IMG/VR virus record: IMGVR_UViG_3300044516_000053
Coordinates: 1 to 50,672 of that record
Strand: one strand, 5' to 3'
DNA from: a virus
Taxonomy: Duplodnaviria; Caudoviricetes
DNA: 50,672 nucleotides
In this document: positions 42,048 through 50,672 of the stretch, piece by piece
Numbering within the stretch: the first letter of the stretch is position 1
Layout: the number at the start of each line of letters is the position of its first letter
Position numbers and translations under genes: made by a program
The notes under the pieces: model-generated
Databases searched by the model: none
The model's input: the letters and a program-made list of their open reading frames with translations, nothing else
Told to the model about the DNA's origin: nothing

Positions 42048-44287
42048 TCATCCCGAGCAAGCATAGCGGTTACGGTGAAGGTGGACGCCTTACCTCCACT
42101 CGTCGGGTGTATGACAGCGGCGGCGGTGGTGCTTCACAAACCCAGATCACCGATCTCCCAGACTGGGCAAAGCCGACCGCGCAGAAGCTCCTTGGTCAGA
42201 CATCTGCACTGACATTAGGGCTGGATAAGGAGGGCAAGCCCCTCAATCCATATCAGCAATACGAAGGCCAGCGCACCGCACAATTTACACCGCTGCAACA
42301 GCAGGCGTATGGCAATGCGTATGGCATGGACGCAGGCCCCCAAGGGTTTGCCCAGAACATTGGTACGTACATGTCGCCGTACCAGCAGAACGTCATTGAC
42401 CGGGAGAAGATGGAGGCCGCTCGCGCCTCCCAGTTGCTAGGTCAGGAACAACAAGCTCGGGCTACCCAAGCAGGTGCGTTTGGCGGCTATCGTGAAGGTA
42501 TCCAACGCGCAGAGCGTGAGCGGGGTCTTCGTTCTCAGTTGCAGGACATTCAGGCCCGTGGCTCTCAGGCAGCGTATGACCGCGCTGCGGATCAGTTCCG
42601 TTCTGGCATCACCCAACAGCTTGCCGTCGGGCAACAGCAGGCCCAGTTTGGTGGGCAGCAGCAGCAGACTGTTCAGCAGATGCTGGATCAAAGGTATCAG
42701 GACTTCTTGAACGAGAAGAAGTACCCGTATCAGCAGCTTGAGTTCATGTCGAACATCCTGCGTGGCACCCCCATGGGCGGGGCCAGCACGCTCTATGGTG
42801 GCGCTGGTAGCTCTATGGGTCAGCTTACTGGCCTTGGCACTGCTCTTGCTGGGCTGTTTAGCAAGGCTGAAGGCGGCATGGTGGATTCCTACGCCGAGGG
42901 CGGAGTCACTGATGTAAACAACGTCCGGTCTATTCTTGACAAGCTCTCTGACCAGCAGCTACAGGAAGCCCAGAAGGCTGCTATGGCTCGCGGGGACGCA
43001 GAGCAACTCCAACTCATCGCAGCAGAGATGGCACAACGTGCCTCCATGCGCACCGGGATTGCCTCTGGCATCACCGATGAGTTTGCCGACAGCATGGAAG
43101 AGGGAATGGCTCACGGTGGTATCGTGGCCTTTGCTAATGGTGGCTCCAATGATGTTGATCCTTTGTCTCAATTCAGCGGGCTAGACCCGGCTGGTCTTGC
43201 GGCAGATGAGGTTCGCAGGCAATCTATTATTCAAGCTCGCAAAAAAGAAGAAGAAGCTCAGAAGCAAGAGTTTCTAAGGCAGGCTGCCCCCGAGGTTGCT
43301 GCGCGGTTGGAAAAAGAGCGTGCGGCAAAAGAACCCAAGGCTGCTGCCCCCGTGGCGAAAGCAGAGGCTGCTCCCAAGAAAAACGAGCCAAAAGTACAAC
43401 CCAAGGCCAAGAAGGAAGTGGTTGCTGCTGTAAAGGAAGTTGCCAAGGAAACTGGCGTTCCTGAGAGCACCCTGACTCAAGAGGCCATGACCCTGTTTAA
43501 CCAGTTGCAGGGTATGTCTAACCCTAAACTGGACAAGTTAAACGCTCTGATTGCACAGCAGGCGAGCCGGGCGGAAGAAATCAAGGGTCGCGGCCTGTCC
43601 GATGCCCTGATGAACTTTGGCTTCACCATGGCTGCCGAAGCGTCTAAACCCGGTGCTAGGTTCCTTGAAAGCGCCAGCCGGGCAGCGCCTGAAATCACCC
43701 GGACCATGGGTGAGAACCAGAAGGCTGTACAGGCTGCGCAGGATGCGTTTAACAAGGCGCAGATTGAGCAGCTTCGCAATGAGATCACCGGCGGCGGGCA
43801 GGACATGCGCACGTCCTTGACCACCGCGCAGGCCATCATGCGTGATCGTCTGGATCAGAAGAGGATGGCGCAAGATGCAGACTACCGCAACCGCTCTCTT
43901 GCAATGCGGGCGGCAGAAGTGGGAGCCAGAGAACCCAACGTCTATGACCTTGCAAGAAAAATCATGGCTGACCCGAAATTCACGGGTTCTGAGCGTGAGG
44001 CTTTGGCTGAAGCCTATGCCATGAAGACCGGGACAGCCATGCGGGCGGAATCTTCGGCACGGTTGAAGTACGGCGAGGCAGTCAGAGAAATAGATAAAAG
44101 AATGGAAGTGTTCTTGGCCGCTGCAAAGACTCCAGCAGAGAAAGCTGCTGTGCAAGATCAAATTAAAAAGGCAAAAGATTCTGTTGCTCAGGCATACGGA
44201 ATTTCTCCCGGTGTCAGTACACTATCCCCCGCCGAGATATCTCAAGTACAGGCAGACATCAGCAAATACCTGAACCCCGGGAAGTAA
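42044..44287 (+). CDS. DNA ejection/pilot protein
   Basis: YMSPYQQNVI, AGAFGG.R, Gln-rich helices, several xAxGG motifs, coiled-coil C-terminal half. Confidence 0.7.
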   Translation: MIIPSKHSGYGEGGRLTSTRRVYDSGGGGASQTQITDLPDWAKPTAQKLLGQTSALTLGLDKEGKPLNPYQQYEGQRTAQFTPLQQQAYGNAYGMDAGPQGFAQNIGTYMSPYQQNVIDREKMEAARASQLLGQEQQARATQAGAFGGYREGIQRAERERGLRSQLQDIQARGSQAAYDRAADQFRSGITQQLAVGQQQAQFGGQQQQTVQQMLDQRYQDFLNEKKYPYQQLEFMSNILRGTPMGGASTLYGGAGSSMGQLTGLGTALAGLFSKAEGGMVDSYAEGGVTDVNNVRSILDKLSDQQLQEAQKAAMARGDAEQLQLIAAEMAQRASMRTGIASGITDEFADSMEEGMAHGGIVAFANGGSNDVDPLSQFSGLDPAGLAADEVRRQSIIQARKKEEEAQKQEFLRQAAPEVAARLEKERAAKEPKAAAPVAKAEAAPKKNEPKVQPKAKKEVVAAVKEVAKETGVPESTLTQEAMTLFNQLQGMSNPKLDKLNALIAQQASRAEEIKGRGLSDALMNFGFTMAAEASKPGARFLESASRAAPEITRTMGENQKAVQAAQDAFNKAQIEQLRNEITGGGQDMRTSLTTAQAIMRDRLDQKRMAQDADYRNRSLAMRAAEVGAREPNVYDLARKIMADPKFTGSEREALAEAYAMKTGTAMRAESSARLKYGEAVREIDKRMEVFLAAAKTPAEKAAVQDQIKKAKDSVAQAYGISPGVSTLSPAEISQVQADISKYLNPGK

Positions 44288-44288
44288 T

Positions 44289-47200
44289 ATGGAACTGAGG
44301 CAAGCCATCCAAGCCTTCCGTAACGCAGAGGCGGCAGGCGATGTTGAGGCGGCATCAAGGTTGGCCCGGTTCATTGATCAGAACCTTAACCAAGAACCGC
44401 AACCCGCAGCCCCAGCCCCCGAGTCGGGCGTAATTTCTTCCACCATAGGTGGATTTAAACGACTTGGTGCAGGGCTTGAGACGGCGGCAGGGTCAATCGT
44501 TGATCCTCAAGGCGCTGCCCAGCGTGGTTTACAGCGACAGCAAGAGCTTTCTGAGCAGTATGCTCCGGGCGCAAGCCTTGACCGCGTTAAACAGGCGTAC
44601 GAGAAGAGTGGCCTTCTGTCTGCTGCCGGGGAGGCAATTAGCCAAATCCCCTCTGCTTTTGCAGAGCAGCTACCCAACATCGCTGCCACCATTGCTGGCG
44701 GTAAAGCTGGTGCCATGGCGGGAACCGCTATCGCCCCCGGTATTGGCACTGTTGTGGGTGGCTTAACTGGTGCTGCGGTGCCATCCTTGCTGCAACTGTA
44801 CGGTTCTAACCTAGTCCGTCAGGCAGAAGAAACCCCGCAGGACATCTCCCGCCTATCTGCCTTGGGGGCAGCCGTGCCCGGGACAGCGCTTGAGGTTGCG
44901 TCTACGGCTATCCCCCTTGGCCGTACATTCATTGGCAAGATTCTTGGCCCCGAGGCTGAGAAGATGCTGGCCCGTGGGACAAACGCTTCTTTGGAGAGAG
45001 CAGCCAAGGAATCGGTCGCCACAAGCCTTGTGCGTGGTGGCGGTGTAGGCGCTCTTGCGGAAATCCCTACCGAGGTAACCCAGCAGATGCTGGAGCGCCT
45101 GCAAGCTGGCCTCCCCCTGACTACCGATGATGCTCTTGCAGAGTACGCTGAAGCAGCCTACGGGGCTACCTTGGTTGGCACTCCGTTTGGCGCTATCGCT
45201 CGCACCGCCGGTCGTTCTTCTGTTCAACAAGAATATGCTGCACTGAAGCAACAAGAGGACGCCCGTCTGGCGGTCTCCGAGGAAGAGCTTGCCCAGCGTT
45301 TCCCCGACACCTTGCCCGGCGGTTTCAAGATTGAGCAGGAAGAGCTTGGCCGTGAGATGGGGCCGCAGGGCTACAACATCATGGCAGAGGGCCGTGAGCA
45401 GCCCCTGTCGGTGGTGGATACCGAAGAAGAGGCCACGGCAAAACTTGAGGCCCTAACCAAGATCAGGGCGGAAGAGCGGGAAAACCTTCTCAAGGAAGAA
45501 GGGAAGATCAACGCCGCAATCCAGAAGGCGCAGCAAAATCTGGAACGTCTGGAGGCGACCGAGCAGACCGACACGGACGAGTACAGGAGCCTGAAGGCTC
45601 AGTTGCCGACCATGATGGATGAGTCGGCGCAGAAGATCAAAGACACATACGACAAGATCGAAGCCCTGTCCAAGCCGCTATCTGTTACCCCGTTTGGCGA
45701 GGTCGAGCGTGTAAACAGCCAGTTCAAACTCTTTGGCCCCGACAGTCAGCAGGTTGGCGTGTTTAAAACACGAGAGCAGGCCGAGGGTGCCATTGAACAA
45801 AGCATTGGCGAGGACACGTTTAAACAGGCCAAAGAAAACCAAGCGGCTGCCAAAGAGCTTTACAAAACCTTTGTCCCCCAGATGCGCAAGTTCGGTCTGG
45901 GTGATGTGGGTCTGAACATCGTTGATCGAATTGAGAATGGCGCGGGTGGCGCTTACCTCGACAAGTTGATCCGGGTGTCGCTGGAGGATTCCAATCCTGT
46001 CCAGACCATGCGCCATGAGTCCCTTCACGCCCTGAAGGACTTGGGCTTCTTCACGCCCCAGCAATGGAAGGCTCTGGAGCGGCAAGCCAAGAAGACTTGG
46101 ATTGAAGACCTGAAAAAGATTTCTCAAGAAGAGGGTAAGAGCCGCCACGATGCCTACATTGAGTTGTTCACTAAAGAGGCGCAGGACAAGGGCCTCGAAG
46201 GGAAAGAGCTTGATGAGTACGTCAACAACAGTCTGATTGAAGAGGCTATTGCTGACGCCTTTGGTGCCTACGACAAGGGGGCCAAGCCGCCCCCGGGCAT
46301 GATTGCCGCCCTCTACCGCAAGATCAAGAACTTCTTTGCCAACCTGTCTCAGGCTCTGCGTGGTGCAGGGTTCCAGTCTGCGGATGATATTTTCCAAGCC
46401 GTCGAGCGCGGCGAGTTGAAGCCTGCCGCCAAGGCCAAGCCCGAAGCGAAGCAAGAAGCCAAGCCCGGGAAAGCAGCGCCCAAGGTTAAGGATATAGAGA
46501 CACAAACCATGGAGGAGCGCTTGAGTCTCCTCCGTGCTGCAAATCCTGATGAGATTGAAATCTCTACTCAGAACCCGCAGGGCAAAACTCGCAAGTACGA
46601 CCCCATCACCCAAATGCTTTCAATTGATAGCGATGCTATCAAAGAGGCGATGGAGACCAACAAGGAACTTTCCGGGCGGATCACGCAAGCCATCTCTGAG
46701 TATGGCTTCGTCCCGAAGGACACAGCCCCCGAGGACGTGATTGATGTCTTCAAGAAGAACATCATCAACAACCTTGTCTTCTTGCACAACAAGGTTCCCA
46801 AGGAAATCAGGGAGCGCAGCAAACTTTGGTATGACGGCGCTAATGTGATTGCCGACCAAATGGCAGATCAGTACGACATGTCCCTGCGCCAAGTGGCGGG
46901 GATCATGGCTGCCATGTCTCCGCAAAAGGATTGGTTCCAGAACGTGTCTATGGCTGAACGTGCCATTGACATCCTTACCAATGAAGGCGATTCCGTCTGG
47001 ACCCCGGAGATGCTGCAATACGCAGACAGCTACGTCAAAGAAACCGACGACCGGAAAGAACGCGAGAAGCGTCAAGAACACCGCGACAAGATTCAGAAGA
47101 TTGCCGACCGTGGTGTTTCCTTGAAGGACATGAACGCAAAGGATGCTGCTGCGTTTATCCGCGCATTTGATGAGGCGTTTAACTCGCGTCAGTACCGGAT

Positions 47201-50200
47201 CGTTACCCCCGAGGGCGGGTTTGGTGACCTAGTCAGGAACAATGACGGCACTCCATCGACCATGATGTGGTCTACCTATGGGCCGATTGAAAAGACGGTC
47301 AATATTTTCCGTGACGGAAGCCGCACCAACGTCAGCCAGCAGCTTGGCTTCGAACACAAAATCCGCTCCTTCTACAACAACATTGCAGCACCTAACAGTG
47401 AAATTGGGCACGTAACCATTGATACCCATGCTGTTGCTGCTGCGTTGTTTGAGGCTCTTGCCGGAACCGATACAGAGGTAATCCAGAATTTCGGCGGTAC
47501 TGGCAAGTCAGATGTTCTTGGCGTTGGCGGCACCTACGGCCTGATTGCCGATGCCTACCGTGATGCAGCCAAGCAGCTTGGTTTAAAGCCACGCGAGCTC
47601 CAGTCCATTACTTGGGAAGCTGTGCGAGGTCTCTTCTCTGAAGAAATGAAGGCTTCTTTGAAGCCCAAGGTCCGCGCAGAATGGGCCAAGTACAAGAATG
47701 GCGATCAGACATTTAACGAGACCCGTGAAAATATCCTGAAGATTGCAGGGCAACAAGAGAAGCTTAACGAGCCTGACTGGGTTGGCTCTGGCGAGGGCCA
47801 GTCTGTTGATGAGGGTGGAACCAGCTATGACAAGGACTTCGTGCCTGAAGGCGGGGTTCGCCTCCGCGCAGCACGAGAACTCAAAGAGCGGGCGATTATC
47901 AACTTGTCTGCTGCGTCGGAGCGTGCAGCGCTTCCCGGCATCAATGAACTTTACAACCGCGCTCGCAACGGGGATGTAGACGCATACAAGCTACTTCAGA
48001 ATGTTGCAGGAAACTCTCTGAAGTATCTGCTCAACGACACCAACGCTCGCATCAAGGTGAAGCCCGTCAAGGGCGTTTACATGAGCAACCGCGAGCCTGC
48101 CATTGTTGCAATGGTGACGTTCAAAGAATCGGAGTCGCAAGATGTTCTTGCTAGGATTGAGCGGTTCGCAGAAAATTATGAGCAGGAGCAAATTCATGTC
48201 CGCGTTGGCACGAACAAGAAACCCGGCCATGATTTTGGAGATGGTTCTTACGCAACCCCTTCGTACACCATCAAGCTCCAAAAAGAACTGACAGATGCCG
48301 AGATTAACGACCTGATTGAACAGACGGGTCTTCCGGCGTTCTCAGTTGAAGATGACACGATAACAACCTACTGGGTGGCACCAAATGAGAGAGAACAAGG
48401 AAGTCAAGGGTTCAATGAGTTTGCGGAAAGAGTCAAGCAACTCAATGCCTTGGTTGGAGAAAGCGGTTCAAGACCTCAACAGAGAACTGAACGCCTCTAC
48501 GTCTACGGATCAGGATTCGGAGCAAGAATCTCATATGAAAGAATACAAAGCGACCTTCCTGCCAAGGAAGCGCCAGACCTAAACACCCCCCGGATGATTG
48601 CGGGCTATCTGTTCCGCAACCCGGTGAAGGTGTTTAAACAGAAGTCTCTAACGCTTGAACAAAAGAAGCAGCAGAGGCTTCTGGCTCAGGTCTTTAATGA
48701 TCTTCCTGTAAATGATCTGAGGAATCCGCTTGTCCGGCAGGCGTATGAAGCTTTGGCGCGTGCGCTAGAGGATCAATTTAAAGTTCTCCCAATCAAGGTT
48801 GAACTACAGACACAAAAATATCGACAGGGCCAGAAAATCCCCAAGGGGTTTAAAGTTGGCGACTTAGTGCCGCCTTACAGCAACAACTCCTCCGAGATGA
48901 GGAGGGACATTTCTGAGAACAACCACCTTCTGGTGTACCCGACAAGCCCGGAAACTTTTGGACCAGAGGGCAGCGATTTCTCTAACCATCCGCTACTCAA
49001 GCGGTCTGACATAACAGATGTAAACGGCACAAAGCTTCTGTACAACGACCTGCTGCGTGCGGTGCATGACTACTATGCACACGGTATGGCAGAGGCGCAG
49101 TTTGGACCTGCTGGCGAATACACTGCGTGGGCTAACCACATGGCTGCTACCGCCGACCCCATGGCTCGGTGGGCGCTAACGGCAGAGACTCGGTCTCAGA
49201 ATGCATGGCAAAACTTCACCGCAGGGGCGGAGCAACTTGCTGTTGCTGATCGTCCGTATGCAGATCAAAAAGCTGCACTGCCCCCGGTCAACTATCTCTT
49301 GACCGGAGATAAGGATGTTGATGCCCCTGTCTTGGAGATGATTGGCTCCCTTGATGGCAAGCAGCTTCTCGGCAGTCTCAAAGAGCGCAGCAAGACAGCG
49401 CCTGAAGTTCGGAAAGCCTTGGAAAAGGTTATGCCTGCCAAGGAGGCAAAGCTAAGCCTGCGCCGTACTGAAACCAAGGAGTTCAAGGACTGGCTTGGCA
49501 GGTCTAAGATCGTCAACAAAGACGGTACGCCAATGGTCATGTACCACGGGCTGGCAAAAGACACTACAGACTTCACCCGCAAGACCAAGCGCGGCGCACC
49601 CATCTTCCTGACGGACGATCCAACCTTTGCAGAGACGTTTGCCGCAGACAGCTACGAAGCTGTCGCTCGCTACCCTGAAAAGTATCTGTCCAAAGAACAG
49701 ATTGCTGACGGGGTAAAGAGAGCCATCGCCGCGATCAAGAAGGACTACGGCAAGGACTCTCTCGGCAAGGAGATGATTGAGAGCCTGCAAACGGGCAACC
49801 TTAAAGATGCAACCCCTGAAGCAAGGGAGTACATCCAGAAGGAACTCATTAGCCTGCTTCCCACTGGCCCTCACATCATGCCCCTGTACGTCAGGGCAGA
49901 GAATCCGTTTGATTACGATAACCAAAGCCATGTTGGAAAGGTTGTTCTTGAGTTAAACAAAACAACAGACTCAAATGGCCGGATGCTTGGCAGCAAGATG
50001 TTCAGGGACATTGAGAATGGCAAATGGGATGCCATTGAAGATGGCTTTGTTCAGGACGCCATCAAAGCGCTTGGGTTTGACTCCTTCTATGTAGAAGAGC
50101 AGGGCCGCAAGAACCTTGCTGTTTACGAACCCAATCAGGTCAAGTCTGCCACTGGCAACGTCGGAACCTACAGCCTTGATTCAAATGATGTGCGGTACAG

Positions 50201-50672
50201 CCTGCGCAACGTAGCATTCCCGACCGCCAAAGAGGCGACGGAAGCTGCTGATGCTGTTGAGGTGCCCGACACCATTGAATTTAAACGGTACATCGCTGGT
50301 AACCAATGGGTAGACGAAGAGGGCAAGGCCAAGAAGTTCTACCACGCCACCACCTCCAACTTCTTTGAGTTCAACGAGGGAGTTATCTACCTCTCTGACA
50401 CCGCAGAAGAAGCAGAGAAGTGGGGCAGGATTGCAGAGGACCGTCTGCGTGAGCAGGTTTACAGGGCTCTGAACAAGGACGAGAAGCTGCCCTTCTTCCA
50501 GAAGGCCGTCGATGAAGCTGTCTCCAACGACAAGATAACGCAGGCTCAGGGCGAGAGGTTCATGCGTGACGCTGGCCGCAAGATTCCTGAGTTCGGTAGC
50601 TACGACCTCATCAAGAAGGAGATGGACGAGGCCCTGCTGTCTCTGGCTCCTGAGCGCATGAAGATCATGCCG
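44289..50672 (+). CDS. Large polyvalent ejection protein (>2128 aa, truncated): TM-like N-terminus, HEXXH zincin, glycosylase-like domain, HDxxxH domain, two ART-PolyVal-like domains
   Basis: ATG 44289 (MELRQAIQAF). Absent from the ORF track, consistent with no stop before the edge. In-frame motifs: MRHESLHAL (46008), KLWYDG..MSPQKDW..KIRSFYNNI..VTIDTH, RAVHDYYAHG, FKDW...VMYHG..IFLTD..NQVKSATGN, and a second KFYHAT..IYLSD. Confidence 0.85.
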   Translation, partial: MELRQAIQAFRNAEAAGDVEAASRLARFIDQNLNQEPQPAAPAPESGVISSTIGGFKRLGAGLETAAGSIVDPQGAAQRGLQRQQELSEQYAPGASLDRVKQAYEKSGLLSAAGEAISQIPSAFAEQLPNIAATIAGGKAGAMAGTAIAPGIGTVVGGLTGAAVPSLLQLYGSNLVRQAEETPQDISRLSALGAAVPGTALEVASTAIPLGRTFIGKILGPEAEKMLARGTNASLERAAKESVATSLVRGGGVGALAEIPTEVTQQMLERLQAGLPLTTDDALAEYAEAAYGATLVGTPFGAIARTAGRSSVQQEYAALKQQEDARLAVSEEELAQRFPDTLPGGFKIEQEELGREMGPQGYNIMAEGREQPLSVVDTEEEATAKLEALTKIRAEERENLLKEEGKINAAIQKAQQNLERLEATEQTDTDEYRSLKAQLPTMMDESAQKIKDTYDKIEALSKPLSVTPFGEVERVNSQFKLFGPDSQQVGVFKTREQAEGAIEQSIGEDTFKQAKENQAAAKELYKTFVPQMRKFGLGDVGLNIVDRIENGAGGAYLDKLIRVSLEDSNPVQTMRHESLHALKDLGFFTPQQWKALERQAKKTWIEDLKKISQEEGKSRHDAYIELFTKEAQDKGLEGKELDEYVNNSLIEEAIADAFGAYDKGAKPPPGMIAALYRKIKNFFANLSQALRGAGFQSADDIFQAVERGELKPAAKAKPEAKQEAKPGKAAPKVKDIETQTMEERLSLLRAANPDEIEISTQNPQGKTRKYDPITQMLSIDSDAIKEAMETNKELSGRITQAISEYGFVPKDTAPEDVIDVFKKNIINNLVFLHNKVPKEIRERSKLWYDGANVIADQMADQYDMSLRQVAGIMAAMSPQKDWFQNVSMAERAIDILTNEGDSVWTPEMLQYADSYVKETDDRKEREKRQEHRDKIQKIADRGVSLKDMNAKDAAAFIRAFDEAFNSRQYRIVTPEGGFGDLVRNNDGTPSTMMWSTYGPIEKTVNIFRDGSRTNVSQQLGFEHKIRSFYNNIAAPNSEIGHVTIDTHAVAAALFEALAGTDTEVIQNFGGTGKSDVLGVGGTYGLIADAYRDAAKQLGLKPRELQSITWEAVRGLFSEEMKASLKPKVRAEWAKYKNGDQTFNETRENILKIAGQQEKLNEPDWVGSGEGQSVDEGGTSYDKDFVPEGGVRLRAARELKERAIINLSAASERAALPGINELYNRARNGDVDAYKLLQNVAGNSLKYLLNDTNARIKVKPVKGVYMSNREPAIVAMVTFKESESQDVLARIERFAENYEQEQIHVRVGTNKKPGHDFGDGSYATPSYTIKLQKELTDAEINDLIEQTGLPAFSVEDDTITTYWVAPNEREQGSQGFNEFAERVKQLNALVGESGSRPQQRTERLYVYGSGFGARISYERIQSDLPAKEAPDLNTPRMIAGYLFRNPVKVFKQKSLTLEQKKQQRLLAQVFNDLPVNDLRNPLVRQAYEALARALEDQFKVLPIKVELQTQKYRQGQKIPKGFKVGDLVPPYSNNSSEMRRDISENNHLLVYPTSPETFGPEGSDFSNHPLLKRSDITDVNGTKLLYNDLLRAVHDYYAHGMAEAQFGPAGEYTAWANHMAATADPMARWALTAETRSQNAWQNFTAGAEQLAVADRPYADQKAALPPVNYLLTGDKDVDAPVLEMIGSLDGKQLLGSLKERSKTAPEVRKALEKVMPAKEAKLSLRRTETKEFKDWLGRSKIVNKDGTPMVMYHGLAKDTTDFTRKTKRGAPIFLTDDPTFAETFAADSYEAVARYPEKYLSKEQIADGVKRAIAAIKKDYGKDSLGKEMIESLQTGNLKDATPEAREYIQKELISLLPTGPHIMPLYVRAENPFDYDNQSHVGKVVLELNKTTDSNGRMLGSKMFRDIENGKWDAIEDGFVQDAIKALGFDSFYVEEQGRKNLAVYEPNQVKSATGNVGTYSLDSNDVRYSLRNVAFPTAKEATEAADAVEVPDTIEFKRYIAGNQWVDEEGKAKKFYHATTSNFFEFNEGVIYLSDTAEEAEKWGRIAEDRLREQVYRALNKDEKLPFFQKAVDEAVSNDKITQAQGERFMRDAGRKIPEFGSYDLIKKEMDEALLSLAPERMKIMP

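Noticed and set aside
1-50672. Prophage boundaries, integrase/att sites or host genes
   Set aside because: All recognisable genes are phage-type and no integrase or host housekeeping gene is seen, so lifestyle and host cannot be determined from this window.

Overview
This window is a roughly 50 kb segment of a tailed dsDNA bacteriophage genome (Caudoviricetes). It looks podovirus-like: it has P22/T7-style adaptor, nozzle and ejection genes, and I see no tape measure, sheath, integrase, tRNA or CRISPR. Bases 1-241 are the 3' end of a T7-gp4/Twinkle-type primase-helicase. Bases 268-6137 are a GC-rich leftward 'early' operon of small phage proteins, a vWA/HEXXH protein, a MoxR/CbbQ-like AAA+ ATPase and a SprT-like protease. 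Bases 6140-6835 are a divergent control region with a structured leader, two covarying 37-nt hairpins (one at 5847) and four DnaA boxes. From 6839 to the end runs a rightward morphogenesis operon: terS, a LexA-type HTH, terL, a lysozyme-like gene, portal, GroES, scaffold, major capsid, a cluster of small basic proteins, adaptors, a 2466-aa repeat fibre, three paralogous fibre-tip proteins, a lysis cassette, nozzle, ejection proteins and a >2128-aa polyvalent protein truncated by the window edge. Four unexplained signals stand out. (i) Unrelated proteins share a C-terminal 'GG..R[AG]DGxxx[RK]GxT[RK]G[RK][MI]x' tag, and a shorter '[FYM]-[AK]-x-GG' motif recurs across putative internal-virion proteins, suggesting a capsid-addressing or processing code. 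(ii) The AT-rich word GTTTAAA(Y)/GATTTAAACG is strongly over-represented genome-wide. (iii) A candidate double-pseudoknot RNA lies just downstream of the major capsid gene. (iv) There is a DnaA-box cluster. All family assignments come from motif recognition by eye, not from database searches.
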